A stretch of DNA of 54,534 nucleotides from Octopus bimaculoides (taxonomy: Eukaryota). Location: contig NC_068984.1 of NCBI RefSeq assembly GCF_001194135.2, positions 2,589,095 to 2,643,628 on the forward strand, read 5' to 3'. Within the stretch, counting starts at the first letter, position 1. Each line of letters opens with the position of its first letter. Both the position numbers and the translations under genes were made by a program. The notes below the pieces were generated by a model. The model was not told where the DNA came from. It did no database searches and saw only the letters and a list, made by a program, of their open reading frames with translations. Below, piece after piece: positions 13,714 to 28,739 of this stretch.

Positions 13714-14523
13714 AATGGATATAAAATAAAATGTGAACAGTAATAAATGAGTGAAGGACGAATATACAGTGCGTGTGTTTATTTGGCAAGAAATGAAAAT
13801 AAAAATAAAATGAAAATGACGATACCGAAATATAACAATATCTCTTTCAACACAAGCTTTCACATCAAGAATCTTGCAACACAATTTCATACACATGTGT
13901 TTATATATATATATATATGTATATATATATACTTATGATATCAAGGGCTATTACTGTGCGTAATAACCACACGCTATTATAATGTATTTTATATGTAAAG
14001 GAAAAAAATTAGATACCTTGTATTAATTTTTTTCCTCAATTGGTTTACACGCTGACTATTCAATAAAATTTATGTAGATTTTATCCTTGTATTTTATTTA
14101 CAAATATATTTAGATATATAAATGTGTGTGTGTGTATGTATGTATGTATGTATGTATGTATATATATANNNNNNNNNNNNNNNNNNNNNNNNNNNNNNNN
14201 NNNNNNNNNNNNNNNNNNNNNNNNNNNNNNNNNNNNNNNNNNNNNNNNNNNNNNNNNNNNNNNNNNNNNNNNNNNNNNNNNNNNNNNNNNNNNNNNNNNN
14301 NNNNNNNNNNNNNNNNNNNNNNNNNNNNNNNNNNNNNNNNNNNNNNNNNNNNNNNNNNNNNNNNNNNNNNNNNNNNNNNNNNNNNNNNNNNNNNNNNNNN
14401 NNNNNNNNNNNNNNNNNNNNNNNNNNNNNNNNNNNNNNNNNNNNNNNNNNNNNNNNNNNNNNNNNNNNNNNNNNNNNNNNNNNNNNNNNNNNNNNNNNNN
14501 NNNNNNNNNNNNNNNNNNNNNNN

Positions 14524-14554
<31 letters not shown>

Positions 14555-14613
14555 CAAGGTAGCGCTCTATCATAGCCACCGCCTTTGGGCAGGATATGTA
14601 AAGGAAAAGAAAG

Positions 14614-14658
<45 letters not shown>

Positions 14659-14779
14659 TTATTTATATGTATACATGTATACATACACATATATATATAT
14701 ATATTGATATACACACATATATATATACATATATATACAGATATAGGTATATACATGTATATATATATGTATGTATGTA

Positions 14780-14848
<69 letters not shown>

Positions 14849-16337
14849 GTATATGTATATACATATACATATACATATACATAGATACACTCATAAATGC
14901 ACACTCATCATTGCACATCCATACCCACACCCATCGATCCGTCGGTGAAAGATTCCGACATCGATAACGCGGATGCATGAAGTAAGGAGGGACAAGCATG
15001 TGGTCCTTTGGCCTGCTAGTAGTAGCAGTCAAATCTCCATCCGATCCTACCACATTGCCTTAGAAAAAGACACACAGAATAATGAAGTCTCGAATTTCTT
15101 TCATAGAGACAAACACAACGCGATGGTCACGGCTGGAATCGTTTTGTTCATGTTTGCTTAATCAGGGCTGACTTGCGCTTAAATAACAACGCGTAGAGTC
15201 AAGACATGCTTCACTACACATACAGAGCATGCGTGAAATAAAACAAAGCACACATACACACACACACACAAACACTCACAGACACATTCACACACACACT
15301 TACATATACTGACACACATACACGCATACACACAAGAAAATATTTACCCACTTGCCCACATACCTTTACAGCTATATACACACACACAAACACACGTGTA
15401 TACACACACACACACACACACACACACTCATTCGCAGACAGACACATATATAAACCCACTTCTCCACCCCCCTCCTCACACGCATACAGACTCCCCCCCC
15501 AGCAGACCATGTAAAGCGTGACTAATAGACTGGTCACGCGCCATAAACTGTTGAACGTTGCACCAATTACTTACGCTTCATCTCTTGGAACANNNNNNNN
15601 NNNNNNNNNNNNNNNNNNNNNNNNNNNNNNNNNNNNNNNNNNNNNNNNNNNNNNNNNNNNNNNNNNNNNNNNNNNNNNNNNNNNNNNNNNNNNNNNNNNN
15701 NNNNNNNNNNNNNNNNNNNNNNNNNNNNNNNNNNNNNNNNNNNNNNNNNNNNNNNNNNNNNNNNNNNNNNNNNNNNNNNNNNNNNNNNNNNNNNNNNNNN
15801 NNNNNNNNNNNNNNNNNNNNNNNNNNNNNNNNNNNNNNNNNNNNNNNNNNNNNNNNNNNNNNNNNNNNNNNNNNNNNNNNNNNNNNNNNNNNNNNNNNNN
15901 NNNNNNNNNNNNNNNNNNNNNNNNNNNNNNNNNNNNNNNNNNNNNNNNNNNNNNNNNNNNNNNNNNNNNNNNNNNNNNNNNNNNNNNNNNNNNNNNNNNN
16001 NNNNNNNNNNNNNNNNNNNNNNNNNNNNNNNNNNNNNNNNNNNNNNNNNNNNNNNNNNNNNNNNNNNNNNNNNNNNNNNNNNNNNNNNNNNNNNNNNNNN
16101 NNNNNNNNNNNNNNNNNNNNNNNNNNNNNNNNNNNNNNNNNNNNNNNNNNNNNNNNNNNNNNNNNNNNNNNNNNNNNNNNNNNNNNNNNNNNNNNNNNNN
16201 NNNNNNNNNNNNNNNNNNNNNNNNNNNNNNNNNNNNNNNNNNNNNNNNNNNNNNNNNNNNNNNNNNNNNNNNNNNNNNNNNNNNNNNNNNNNNNNNNNNN
16301 NNNNNNNNNNNNNNNNNNNNNNNNNNNNNNNNNNNNN

Positions 16338-16404
<67 letters not shown>

Positions 16405-17258
16405 TATACATATGCATGTATGTACAAATATGTATACATGTACACATATGGATCTATATATCTTTATATACATATTTATATGCTTATATATTTATGTTTA
16501 TGTATACATTCATATGTATATGTATAATCCATGCGTGCGTGTGTGTGTACTGGTGAAACCGTCTCGTACGACATTCCGCTTTGTGATTCAACATGTCTGC
16601 TTCCCCCCTTAAATAGCCATTGACCCCATAAAGCCGCAGGTAAGCCACCCTGTTCCCAGTCGAAACGATTTCCCTCCAAATCTAATCGAAACATTTTCTA
16701 AATACAGTCGTGGATTTCTATGTCGCAAACGTCACAATGGGAACTTCCCTGCCCTCAGATGTCTTTGGAATGCGGTGACCTCTGACCAATGCAGGTCAGA
16801 ACGTCAGGAGGTGAGGCCATTAAACGCGAGGCGATGGCGGGGGCGGCTATACAATACATTTGTCTCTGATTCGGTTGGATTTCCTCTCTGACGACGTCCG
16901 GCTTTGTCTTTCTCTTGGATTATCTCTATATTTTGTTGATCTTTTATATAAGCCTTCCCGTCAAGCCTTTCTATTTCACTCCCGTTCTCTCCCTCGCCCT
17001 CTCATAATTCTTTGGACTCCCTCTCTCCTAGTTATCTCTCTTTCACTTTTCTCCGTACCCCACTCTCTCTTCCACCGTCTGTTTTCCCTACCTCCTCTCT
17101 CTCCCTCTCGCTGCTTTGCCCCCCCCCCGCCTCACCCTCTCNNNNNNNNNNNNNNNNNNNNNNNNNNNNNNNNNNNNNNNNNNNNNNNNNNNNNNNNNNN
17201 NNNNNNNNNNNNTGTATCTGTTATAATTAATTAGTGAAAGAAAAGAGGAAGACCTGTG

Positions 17259-17332
17259 TAGTGTCTCCTCTATTAGCGAGTTCGATATATAGTCTCTGCC
17301 CTATTAGTAAGATCGATACGTAGTCTCTCCTC
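17259..17332. repeat. 31-bp degenerate tandem repeat, about 2.4 copies
   Basis: TAGT(G/C)TCT..CTATTAG..AG.TCGATA units start at 17259, 17290 and 17321. Confidence 0.75.
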
Positions 17333-17825
17333 AGTTGAATTTCTGAAGTAGTTTTCGGAGTGGGTCAACTGTTTAACAGGATATCGGAGAAGTGATAAAT
17401 GAATATTTTTTTTATCATTTCAACAGGTAGGGGAGGTAAGCCTAGACATTCTTTTGTCTTATTAATCCTCCTCAAAAGAAGCAATTCTTTCACCTATCTT
17501 GTCCGTGTGGTAAATAACGGAATCCGAAAGGAGTAATGTTAACTGAGTAGGCGTGATTAATGATTGAAATAACGTCCTCTCTTCTCATCTCAGTAATTCC
17601 AACTAGATTTTTGATGCCCCCTATGAAATGTGTTCATCACAGCTTAACTGTTGATGTGCTTACTGATGGCGTCTCTGGGAAATCAACTTCAGTGTCTATT
17701 ACATTTATTATTCAATTTTCGATTTCGTTATTATTCCTCTGCATCTTTACTCACCATTTATCACTCCAGTCTTTTTTAAAAATTTTGTCTTTCAAATTAA
17801 GATTTTGTTGTTTGTTAATTAATTT

Positions 17826-17839
17826 GTTTCCATAGCAAC
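17826..17839 (+). promoter_or_regulatory. RFX X-box motif
   Basis: GTTTCCATAGCAAC is a canonical 14-bp X-box in non-repetitive sequence. Function not shown. Confidence 0.4.
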
Positions 17840-18167
17840 CTATTTATGAAACACTTTCTTTCGTATCTGATTATTTATACCACTTTCTAATTGTCTCTTT
17901 GATAATTAGTGCACCTGCCTGTCTGCCTGTCTGATTGTCAGATTACGAATTAAAAGCAGATCGTTACAAACCGAAATGGAAGATGAAAAGACATTTCTAA
18001 AGAACGAAACAATATTTTACTAAAATACTCAAGATTTTAGAGGAACAGTTGCTGGAATTTTGTTCTTTGTCGAATTAAATAGATCTGGTGCGAGGTTTAA
18101 CGAGATGACATTAACTTAGCTAATCTTTGACTGAAACAAAACAATCTGGTATCTATCCTCGACTAAG

Positions 18168-18385
18168 CACTTTTTGTAGACAAATAAATACCCACTGCCA
18201 GCGCATTTGATCTCGGGATCCATATGTGTATATGTAGACCAATATTTTCACCTCTTTGTTGTGTCAAAACATTATGTAAACACTTTATGTAGACAGAGAC
18301 ATAGGCATTACCAGCGTATTTGATTTCGAGATCCATACAGAAGTAAACCAATATTTTAACCACTTAGTATTGTCAATAAGAGATG
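18168..18385. repeat. About 113-bp degenerate tandem duplication
   Basis: CACTTT.TGTAGACA..CCAGCG.ATTTGAT.TCG.GATCCATA..ACCAATATTTT.ACC occurs at 18168 and 18281. Confidence 0.8.
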
Positions 18386-18667
18386 TTATATATTAAAATG
18401 TGGAGGACTTAATACCAATATAGCTGTTACATCGATATCAGAATATGATATTTCTCATACCCGTTCTTATATATTTCCTACTAATATTGGCCGCTAGAAT
18501 TAGGTTTATTGGTCTTTTAAGTGAACAACAATTAATCATGGACAGGTTAGCTGAATTCGTTATTGGAAAAAAAAAAGTACAGTTGACAAATATGAGGCCA
18601 TGACAAAGCGAAGAGAATTTAGGCAGACTAATCAATAACTGAGGTAATATGAGTTACCTGGAATTGA

Positions 18668-18703
<36 letters not shown>

Positions 18704-18847
18704 GTCATATCGTTCTAATAGAATATTCATTACATTGTTATATATTAGGCTGCGAGTCTGACATCGATTTTTATTTAGACACCATTCAATATTTCTGCTG
18801 TAAATTCGATATATCTACCTTTGACTTTTCGATATGTACATGCATTT

Positions 18848-18911
<64 letters not shown>

Positions 18912-19640
18912 CAAGCAATAGATGTTACCGACTACTATTGGTGGAAACTGAGCAATGATGACCAGTTCCGAGCGAGCAAGTTTGTGATTTGTCTTCGATT
19001 CTCAACTGTGACAAATAAACTTGCCTTATAATGGTATCAAGTTTGAAAATAACATCGATTCTACAGAAATCCTCAGTAAATGTGGAACCATTTGTGAAAT
19101 AAAAACCAACAAGTTTTACAGATCAAACAAAGACAGCAGAAAGTGAGACAAGCTCCGATGGAGTTACAAATGAATAGGTTTCCAGTCCTGGTTGTCTTTG
19201 CTGATCAGTCAACTGTATCATGTCCAGTTTTATGTTATTCTTAGTTTGTAGCTGCTTGCACTTTACAGCATGGTTGGTTCCATTGTTAAGAATATAGTTC
19301 ATGGCTGGAATTTGTAAGGAATATAACGTGCATCCAATCTATCACAAAAAATCAAATTCCTTACCTGAATGTTGCATCTTCTTAACGCAGTGAGATATTT
19401 AATCTTGGAATATCTACTTGCAGTAATATGGACTAGCTGCCTAAAATCCTTAATGCACTGTAAATCCGTAATGACTCTTTTGTTGGTTGTCCAATAATTC
19501 TATAATCTTGAAATATTTTTCCTGTGAGAAAGAATTACTGTTTCAGGTAAAGGTTCGAAGCTTCGCTTGGTTACCATTTAAGTGTTATTGCGTTGTTCGA
19601 CTTTTGTTACTTGTGAGATATCTGGCATTGTTATTTTCAG

Positions 19641-19739
19641 ATAATTCGACATTATGCAGTACGAGAATAAACTTTTCGTATTCTTGGTTCCTATTCTACG
19701 CCAAAACCTTCAATTATTTTAATAATGGTCTTGGAAAAG
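19641..19739 (+). CDS. Candidate internal exon (99 nt, phase 1-1), product unrecognised
   Basis: Acceptor TTGTTATTTTCAG| and donor AAG|GTATGT. One open frame: (D)NSTLCSTRINFSYSWFLFYAKTFNYFNNGLGK. No homology recognised. Confidence 0.25.
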
Positions 19740-20856
19740 GTATGTATATAATCACTTCCAAGTTTATTTCTTGCTTTAAACATTTGTATCACTTTTTCAA
19801 GACCAATTCTTGTTTGACCAAATTTGAACTCTGTTAGGCCCTGGTATTTTAGTTAACCATAAATCCTCCAATTCGTATTTGTACTAAATTCCTTCTTCAA
19901 TAAATGTAATATACCTACCTGACAGCCACAGAATCTTTGTGTTATATCAAGTCTTCAACTGTGCGTAAATGTCGTAATCGAAGATGCTTGGAGACGATAA
20001 ACTCGGATACGTTTGGGTGTTGTGGCTGAACAGTATAGAACATACAAAAGAGCAGCGAAAACTCCCTCGAATCGCGATTATACAAAAAGACCCCTCAGAC
20101 AATGCGGTCATAGTATGCCTAAGCATAAGAGAAAAAAACCTGGCTGGTCACAGATGAAATGCCCCCACGGCTGTTTTGGGACTAAAAGACAATAGAACCA
20201 CGTAATTCAGTTTATACATGCAGTATAGAAATGTGTACACACGCACACACGCACACACACGCACACACNNNNNNNNNNNNNNNNNNNNNNNNNNNNNNNN
20301 NNNNNNNNNNNNNNNNNNNNNNNNNNNNNNNNNNNNNNNNNNNNNNNNNNNNNNNNNNNNNNNNNNNNNNNNNNNNNNNNNNNNNNNNNNNNNNNNNNNN
20401 NNNNNNNNNNNNNNNNNNNNNNNNNNNNNNNNNNNNNNNNNNNNNNNNNNNNNNNNNNNNNNNNNNNNNNNNNNNNNNNNNNNNNNNNNNNNNNNNNNNN
20501 NNNNNNNNNNNNNNNNNNNNNNNNNNNNNNNNNNNNNNNNNNNNNNNNNNNNNNNNNNNNNNNNNNNNNNNNNNNNNNNNNNNNNNNNNNNNNNNNNNNN
20601 NNNNNNNNNNNNNNNNNNNNNNNNNNNNNNNNNNNNNNNNNNNNNNNNNNNNNNNNNNNNNNNNNNNNNNNNNNNNNNNNNNNNNNNNNNNNNNNNNNNN
20701 NNNNNNNNNNNNNNNNNNNNNNNNNNNNNNNNNNNNNNNNNNNNNNNNNNNNNNNNNNNNNNNNNNNNNNNNNNNNNNNNNNNNNNNNNNNNNNNNATGA
20801 TGTTGATGATGATGATGTTGATGATGATGATGATGATGATGATGGTGATGGTGATG

Positions 20857-20888
<32 letters not shown>

Positions 20889-21395
20889 GATGATGGAAAA
20901 TGGGTGGTGGTGGTGGTGATGATGATGGTGATGATGATTATACTGATGATGGATGGAAGTGATGGCTATGATGATGATGGCGATGATGACGGTGGAATGA
21001 TGCTGGCGATAGAGTTGGTGTTGCTTCTGGTGATTTCGATCGCAATGATGATGATGATGCTAATGCTGTTGTTGCTGTTGTTGATGGTGGTGGTGGTAGT
21101 GGTGATGGTGGGGATTGTGAAAGAAGATGAGAATCTAAGCCCAATGTTTTGGTTTTATTCTTTACTCCAAACACAATTTCTCTGCCAGAGGTCACCACTT
21201 CACATTTCCTCGCCGTTTCCTCTCTTCTTGTTTTCCTTCCGGTCCGCAACCTTTCTTCCCTTCTATATTTCTCTCTCTCTCCCTGTTTGATGTGTTCCTA
21301 GTTCCCCTGGCTCCACTCAACAACAAACCTCAATAAAAGGGGATCTAATTCCCTTAAAGGTCAACTTTCTTCTGCAGCGATTAGCGTTGCTTTCA

Positions 21396-21446
<51 letters not shown>

Positions 21447-22057
21447 CTGTTCAACAACATATTCACACAACGCAATACAAAACACACACACAAACCATTC
21501 ACAGCTCAAACAGAAACCCGAAAATACACTCAATTTATACACAGCCATTACTCTACAACATAAAACACACTTAAACGTACGAATACACATAGTGATACAC
21601 ATACAACACATAAACACACACATACACACACTCACACACTCACACACACAAACAGTTGAATACACACAGCAAAACATACTCGAACACACATTCGATAAAC
21701 CGCACAGAATATGTGCGTGTAAGAATATATTTCTAAGCGTTTATGTATGTATATATTCACATATAGCTATTAACATACATTGATTATGTTACGTACACAT
21801 TAACACACATCATAAGACATTTAGAAATCAGAAATATTCATAAGCTTACAGTGATATGTGTACATCTACATATATTATATATTATACACATATTATATGT
21901 ATGTATATATGTATGTGTGTATGTATGTATGTATGTATGCATGTGTGTGTGTTTTATGTATAAATATATATACCTGTATGTATTTATCTATCTACANNNN
22001 NNNNNNTATACATACACAATAGATATATATATTTATGTATACATGTGTGTGTGCAGA

Positions 22058-22089
<32 letters not shown>

Positions 22090-22654
22090 TGTGTACCACC
22101 AACATAGCGTGTTCGAGAAGAAATTTCTAAATCGAGCTCTACTTCTACATCTAGTACTCCCACAGTTAGCCTCGGTGTGAAAATGGGCTCCAGCAGACAA
22201 TGGAAAGAGCAGACTTACTAACTGATTACTTTTGTGAAAGCTGTTTATAGGATTAAATTTCTTTTCCTTGGGTGTAGGAAGAACGAGGTGAAAATTACTT
22301 CACAAACATGTTAGCATTATTAAAGTAGAACCAGTCTCTCACGAGTTGTTACTGTCGCCAGAAGGAAAATATTAGAATCCTGACGATTGCTTTAACGAAA
22401 TCTAAAACTAATCAAATAGTCAACTCGTATTTGCTCCTCCCTGGCTGCTGAGATCCTGGGCGTGTAATGATGGGGCCTACTTTTACAAAGCGCCTAAAAC
22501 GTATATTTATTAAAATTTTGATTTCGGACATATTCACAACGAGGCTTGTTACATCTGTTTCAGCACACACTGTTGCTATCATTGTTGCTAAGCAACCATT
22601 TGTCGCCGCCTGTCTCGTTGCACTGGATTTTGCTTTAAACGTTGTTCTTCCGTC

Positions 22655-22711
<57 letters not shown>

Positions 22712-24808
22712 CGAACGACCACAACTAAAACAGCAGCAGCTTCACCACCACCACCGCCGCCGCCGCCACCACCACCAACACGTCCACAGTCACCTCTGAC
22801 ACGAACACTACCATTACTATTAATAACGTCTCCCACGTCACATGTACTTCCACCACCACCACCACCATCATCATCAACAACATCACCAAGACCACCANNN
22901 NNNNNNNNNNNNNNNNNNNNNNNNNNNNNNNNNNNNNNNNNNNNNNNNNNNNNNNNNNNNNNNNNNNNNNNNNNNNNNNNNNNNNNNNNNNNNNNNNNNN
23001 NNNNNNNNNNNNNNNNNNNNNNNNNNNNNNNNNNNNNNNNNNNNNNNNNNNNNNNNNNNNNNNNNNNNNNNNNNNNNNNNNNNNNNNNNNNNNNNNNNNN
23101 NNNNNNNNNNNNNNNNNNNNNNNNNNNNNNNNNNNNNNNNNNNNNNNNNNNNNNNNNNNNNNNNNNNNNNNNNNNNNNNNNNNNNNNNNNNNNNCAACAA
23201 CCGCTCGCAAAAAACCCATAAAGCAAACGTAAAAAGTGTCCTGAATACCGCCCCCCTTTCCCCCTACACCTGTCACAAACAAAGACGGTTTCATAATAGT
23301 CCTTCCTGCCTTGAAGACATATAAATGGCTGCTAGTTTAATGCAGTTTACGAGTGGCGGCGGCGGCGGTGGTGGTGGTGGTGTTTGAGGGGGTCACCTAA
23401 TGAACCAGATTCATGGAAGAATCATATAAAAACCTACGGCAGGATATTGATTGATGTTGATTCCCTATCATAAGACATGGCTTCCAGTCTTTTATTTTCT
23501 GGAGGAGATGTGGAGTCAGTTTGGCGAAGGAACCGAGATTAGTTTTAATTGTTTTGGTGTAAAAGACTTTGAAAAAATAAACGGTTTCTTCTTTAAAAAC
23601 GTTCCGGGTTTTTGAGTTTGGAAATATCGAGGAATGGATGGTGTGTGGAATTGTCAGTTCGTGTGTGAAGGAGATAATTGAAGGAATGAGTCACAGGGAA
23701 ACCGAAATTGTACGATGGAATCATAGAGTCTGGGATTATTTGTTGCGATAATCTTTCAAGCTATTTCTAGGGATCAATATAATAATAGGTCTCTGTCATT
23801 GGAGAGAGAAGGACTACAGTGCCAGACATGCATGCATACATACATACATACATACACACGGACAGGCATGCAAACAGGTATATAGACATACACACATATA
23901 ATGATACGGCATACACCCACACAAACACACACACGCACTCCCACACACATATATATATACACATATNNNNNNNNNNNNNNNNNNNNNNNNNNNNNNNNNN
24001 NNNNNNNNNNNNNNNNNNNNNNNNNNNNNNNNNNNNNNNNNNNNNNNNNNNNNNNNNNNNNNNNNNNNNNNNNNNNNNNNNNNNNNNNNNNNNNNNNNNN
24101 NNNNNNNNNNNNNNNNNNNNNNNNNNNNNNNNNNNNNNNNNNNNNNNNNNNNNNNNNNNNNNNNNNNNNNNNNNNNNNNNNNNNNNNNNNNNNNNNNNNN
24201 NNNNNNNNNNNNNNNNNNNNNNNNNNNNNNNNNNNNNNNNNNNNNNNNNNNNNNNNNNNNNNNNNNNNNNNNNNNNNNNNNNNNNNNNNNNNNNNNNNNN
24301 NNNNNNNNNNNNNNNNNNNNNNNNNNNNNNNNNNNNNNNNNNNNNNNNNNNNNNNNNNNNNNNNNNNNNNNNNNNNNNNNNNNNNNNNNNNNNNNNNNNN
24401 NNNNNNNNNNNNNNNNNNNNNNNNNNNNNNNNNNNNNNNNNNNNNNNNNNNNNNNNNNNNNNNNNNNNNNNNNNNNNNNNNNNNNNNNNNNNNNNNNNNN
24501 NNNNNNNNNNNNNNNNNNNNNNNNNNNNNNNNNNNNNNNNNNNNNNNNNNNNNNNNNNNNNNNNNNNNNNNNNNNNNNNNNNNNNNNNNNNNNNNNNNNN
24601 NNNNNNNNNNNNNNNNNNNNNNNNNNNNNNNNNNNNNNNNNNNNNNNNNNNNNNNNNNNNNNNNNNNNNNNNNNNNNNNNNNNNNNNNNTATATATATAT
24701 AATATATATTACATATATATGTACATGTATAATATATTCATATATATAATATATGTGTACATACACACACATACATGCATGTATACATACATAATACACG
24801 CTCACACG

Positions 24809-24845
<37 letters not shown>

Positions 24846-25118
24846 ATGCACACACTCATACACACACACACGTACTGATGGAAACATAGCACTGCAGAGA
24901 TCGCACCAATGATAATCTCAGTCACTTTATAAATCACTGTTTGAAGCCAAGTAAACTAAGGCGAAAGGAATTAAACTCGCACACAACCACGCATACACAC
25001 ACATACACATTCAAACACATACACACACATACACGCACATGCATAGGTACATACACCAAATAGACAAGCACACAACGCAGTTGGTGTCACATGCTCATTG
25101 GTCGTGGAAAAAAGGCCA

Positions 25119-25424
25119 ATCATTTATCTTTTGCATCTTTCAATGATTGGACTGCGTCCAAGCTAGAGCGCCGCCTTGTAGGGTGAAGTAGAACAAAATC
25201 CTGGTAAGTATTTGCCGAAGCACTAAGCTACAGGAACACAAGCAGACCAACACCGGTTGTCAAGCGCTTTGCGCGGGACAAACTCAAACACCAAGACACA
25301 AATTCACTTGCAAGATGCGGGGCTATGGCAGAGGACACTTGCCCAAGGTGATGCGCAGTAGCATTGAACCCGAAATCGCGTGGTTGCAAGGCGAGCTCCT
25401 GAACTACACAGCCATGCTTGCGCT
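25119..25424 (-). mobile_element. Bipartite SINE copy 4 (old, centre deleted)
   Basis: CCGGTTGTCAAGCG, GAGGACACTTGCCCAAGGTG, TTGAACCCG and CACAGCCATGCTTGCGC match the family. Confidence 0.65.
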
Positions 25425-25794
25425 AATGGAGTTAATGTACAATGTTCCACGGGCAGACAACTTGCATGTCCACTACATTATCCCGAAGAAGCTGTTTAAG
25501 GACACTAAAACCTTACTGCATCAGATAACAGCTTATGCGATACTAAGGACTGAACTGGAGACTGTAAGATTTACCTTACAACAGACATCTTTAAAATATC
25601 TTTAAATTTCAATAAATAAAATATGTTTTTATAAGAGAAGACAAAAAAAGAAGTTATAATATATTGGATCTATTAGCTTGAATGAAACTTCAAGAAGCAA
25701 CAACTCCGCGTCGCTGACTTCTAGGGACATTGCTGACCTCTAGGGACATTGTACGCTCTAGGACTAACATATATTTTGCATTTGCAGTTCCATT

Positions 25795-26694
25795 GATGGC
25801 TAATGAGTTTGACCAATACACACAACTCTTGACCTACACACAAGACTGCAAACATTGCAAACCAAGCTTTCCCCATTCACTACACCAGCAGTGTGCTTTC
25901 TAGCAACAAGCTTAAGTTCTTCATGCAGAATACGGGCTCTCTCAAAAGTGTCGACCCCCTCCTTAATCTGCTTCCTCCATCTGTGGCGGTGACAGGCATT
26001 GTTCTCCCAGTCAGTCTCCTGCATATCACAGGCCTTTAATGAGGACTTGACACAGTCCTTAAATCGCAGTCTTGGTTTCTGCCGGAGTCTCCTTCCACTC
26101 ACAAGTTCTCCATATAGCATCTGCTTAGGGATCCTGCTATCCTTCATTCTAATAAGGTGTCCAGTCCAACGTAGCCGGTGCTTGTGCATCATCACCTCAA
26201 TACTCGAGATATCAGCTGTCCTCAGGACTTGTGTGGCTAGAGTTTTTAAGGTCCAGCCAACATTCAGAATGTGTCCGAGACATCTCTGATGAAAGTGTTC
26301 AAGAACCCTTACCTGACGTTTGTAAAAGGTCCGTGTCTCACATGAGTAAAGTAGTGATGTCAGTACACATGCACGGTACACAACGATTTTTGTTTACCTT
26401 GTGATGCCATGCTGGGACCAGGCACGAGATTGAAGAGACCCGAAGGAATCAGTTGCTCTTTGCAGCCTGAAAGGTATTTCATAATCCAGGGAGCAAGAAC
26501 GGTTGAGTGTGCTGCCCAGACAGACAAACTTGTCTACCACTTTCAGAATTGCTCATTCAACCAAGATAGCTGGTTTCACATGGATTTCCTGGTGCAGGCT
26601 GGAACATTGCAACAGTCTTGTCCAGGCTAATGTTGAGTCCAAATGCCTTACAAGAAGCAGAAATACGACTCATAAGTATTTGCATGTCATCCAC
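25795..26694 (-). mobile_element. RTE-clade LINE, 3' fragment (RT domains 6-7, thumb, C-terminal Cys motif)
   Basis: VDDMQILMSRISASCKAFGLNISLDKT..KFVCLGSTL.., then ORF 25800-26381 VYRACVLTSLLYSCET..RLRWTGHLIRMKDSRIPKQMLYGEL..RLRFKD..CNVCSLVC. These are diagnostic RTE motifs. Confidence 0.92.
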
Positions 26695-26756
26695 TGTATG
26701 AGTCAACTATGTACATACATACATACATACATACATAGGTGCATACATAAATACAT

Positions 26757-26809
<53 letters not shown>

Positions 26810-27075
26810 TATATATATATTATATATATTTCTAAATACATCTAAAAATAAACATACATGCACACACACGCAAATACATATAAACATGCATGCATGCTTG
26901 CACACACACATATACATGCATTCATACACACATATACATGCATTCATACACACATACTTAAATACAAGCAACATCGTCTGAAATTCCAATCATTCAGAAC
27001 CATAAACGTAGATTCCATGAAGAAAATCTTTGAATACGTTCAAAATATGAATATGGACGTAATTATGTTGGCATT

Positions 27076-27191
<116 letters not shown>

Positions 27192-27363
27192 GGCACGCAC
27201 ACACACATAGATATATACATATACATTTCTGTATTTCTATATATATTTGTGTGTGTATATGCATGTGGAAATATATGAATGTATAAACACACATACATAG
27301 ACACACATATATGTACACATATATATGCTTGCATGTATACACACCCACACACCCACACACACA

Positions 27364-27425
<62 letters not shown>

Positions 27426-27435
27426 NNNNNNNNNN

Positions 27436-27479
<44 letters not shown>

Positions 27480-27672
27480 AAAGTTATGCACGTTTGTATA
27501 TTTTTGTTTGTAATATATTAGTGTATTTATGTATGCACAGATGTGTGTGTGTATGTGTGTGTGTGTGTGTGTGCGTGCGTGTGTGCGTATAATAATGTGT
27601 GAATCTAATTGTCCGTAACATAAACTAGGATGATTTTAAATTTAGTGGCAAAATATATTAATGAAATTTTTG

Positions 27673-27686
27673 GTCACCATGGAAAC
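27673..27686 (+). promoter_or_regulatory. RFX X-box motif
   Basis: GTCACCATGGAAAC. Confidence 0.3.
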
Positions 27687-27820
27687 CACTTGAGAATTTA
27701 ATAATTATAATTCAGTTGTGTTGATAATCATATAGATTTGATTTAGGTATGGATGGATGCATGTGTACGCTGGCGTCTATGTACGATTACAAAGCATACA
27801 CATTCATATATATATATATA

Positions 27821-27908
<88 letters not shown>

Positions 27909-28243
27909 GATATATGCACACACATACATACGTATATACATACTTATATATCTTGTGTTTGTGTGTTTGTGCGTGTGTGAATAAGTATGAAATTATGAAT
28001 ATATGCGTGTATGTATATGCGTTTATTCAAATGTTTATAAGATGGGTAGATCTATATCTATCAATACACCATCCCCCCACACGCACACACACACATATAT
28101 ATATATATATATCAATATATATAAACACACATATATATCGCTAAACATATAGATAAAGCAGTATATATATGTAAATATATAACGTTATATATACATATGT
28201 ATATACATGTATATAAATAGATGCATAAATATGTATATGTATG

Positions 28244-28314
<71 letters not shown>

Positions 28315-28739
28315 GCAAACAAAAATGTATTCACACACATACGCATACAAAAATATATTTACACACATGCGCAAGCACACATACGCATATATGCGTCCAC
28401 ATGCACATATATGCTCATACATACACACGTACATCTATGCAGTGTCTGCTCTAACTTATTACATGATAACAAATCTAACAGAAGCTAAATTACTATAATT
28501 TTATTAAATGAAAACATTGTAACGTTTCCCATTAAAATGATATGTTGAATTTGTCCTGCTTTTATCGACAAATAATTTCGTAACGGTTTGGATGGCAATC
28601 AGTGAGATTTGATACATAAATTATCTGTTAAGTTTAACAAATTCTCTATTGATTGCAGCTTGTTAATTTTGGATGTTAATGAGATTTGGTTGGTAGCCAT
28701 TAGTATGGAATTGTGTCCACTGCAACGAAACACAAGTGG

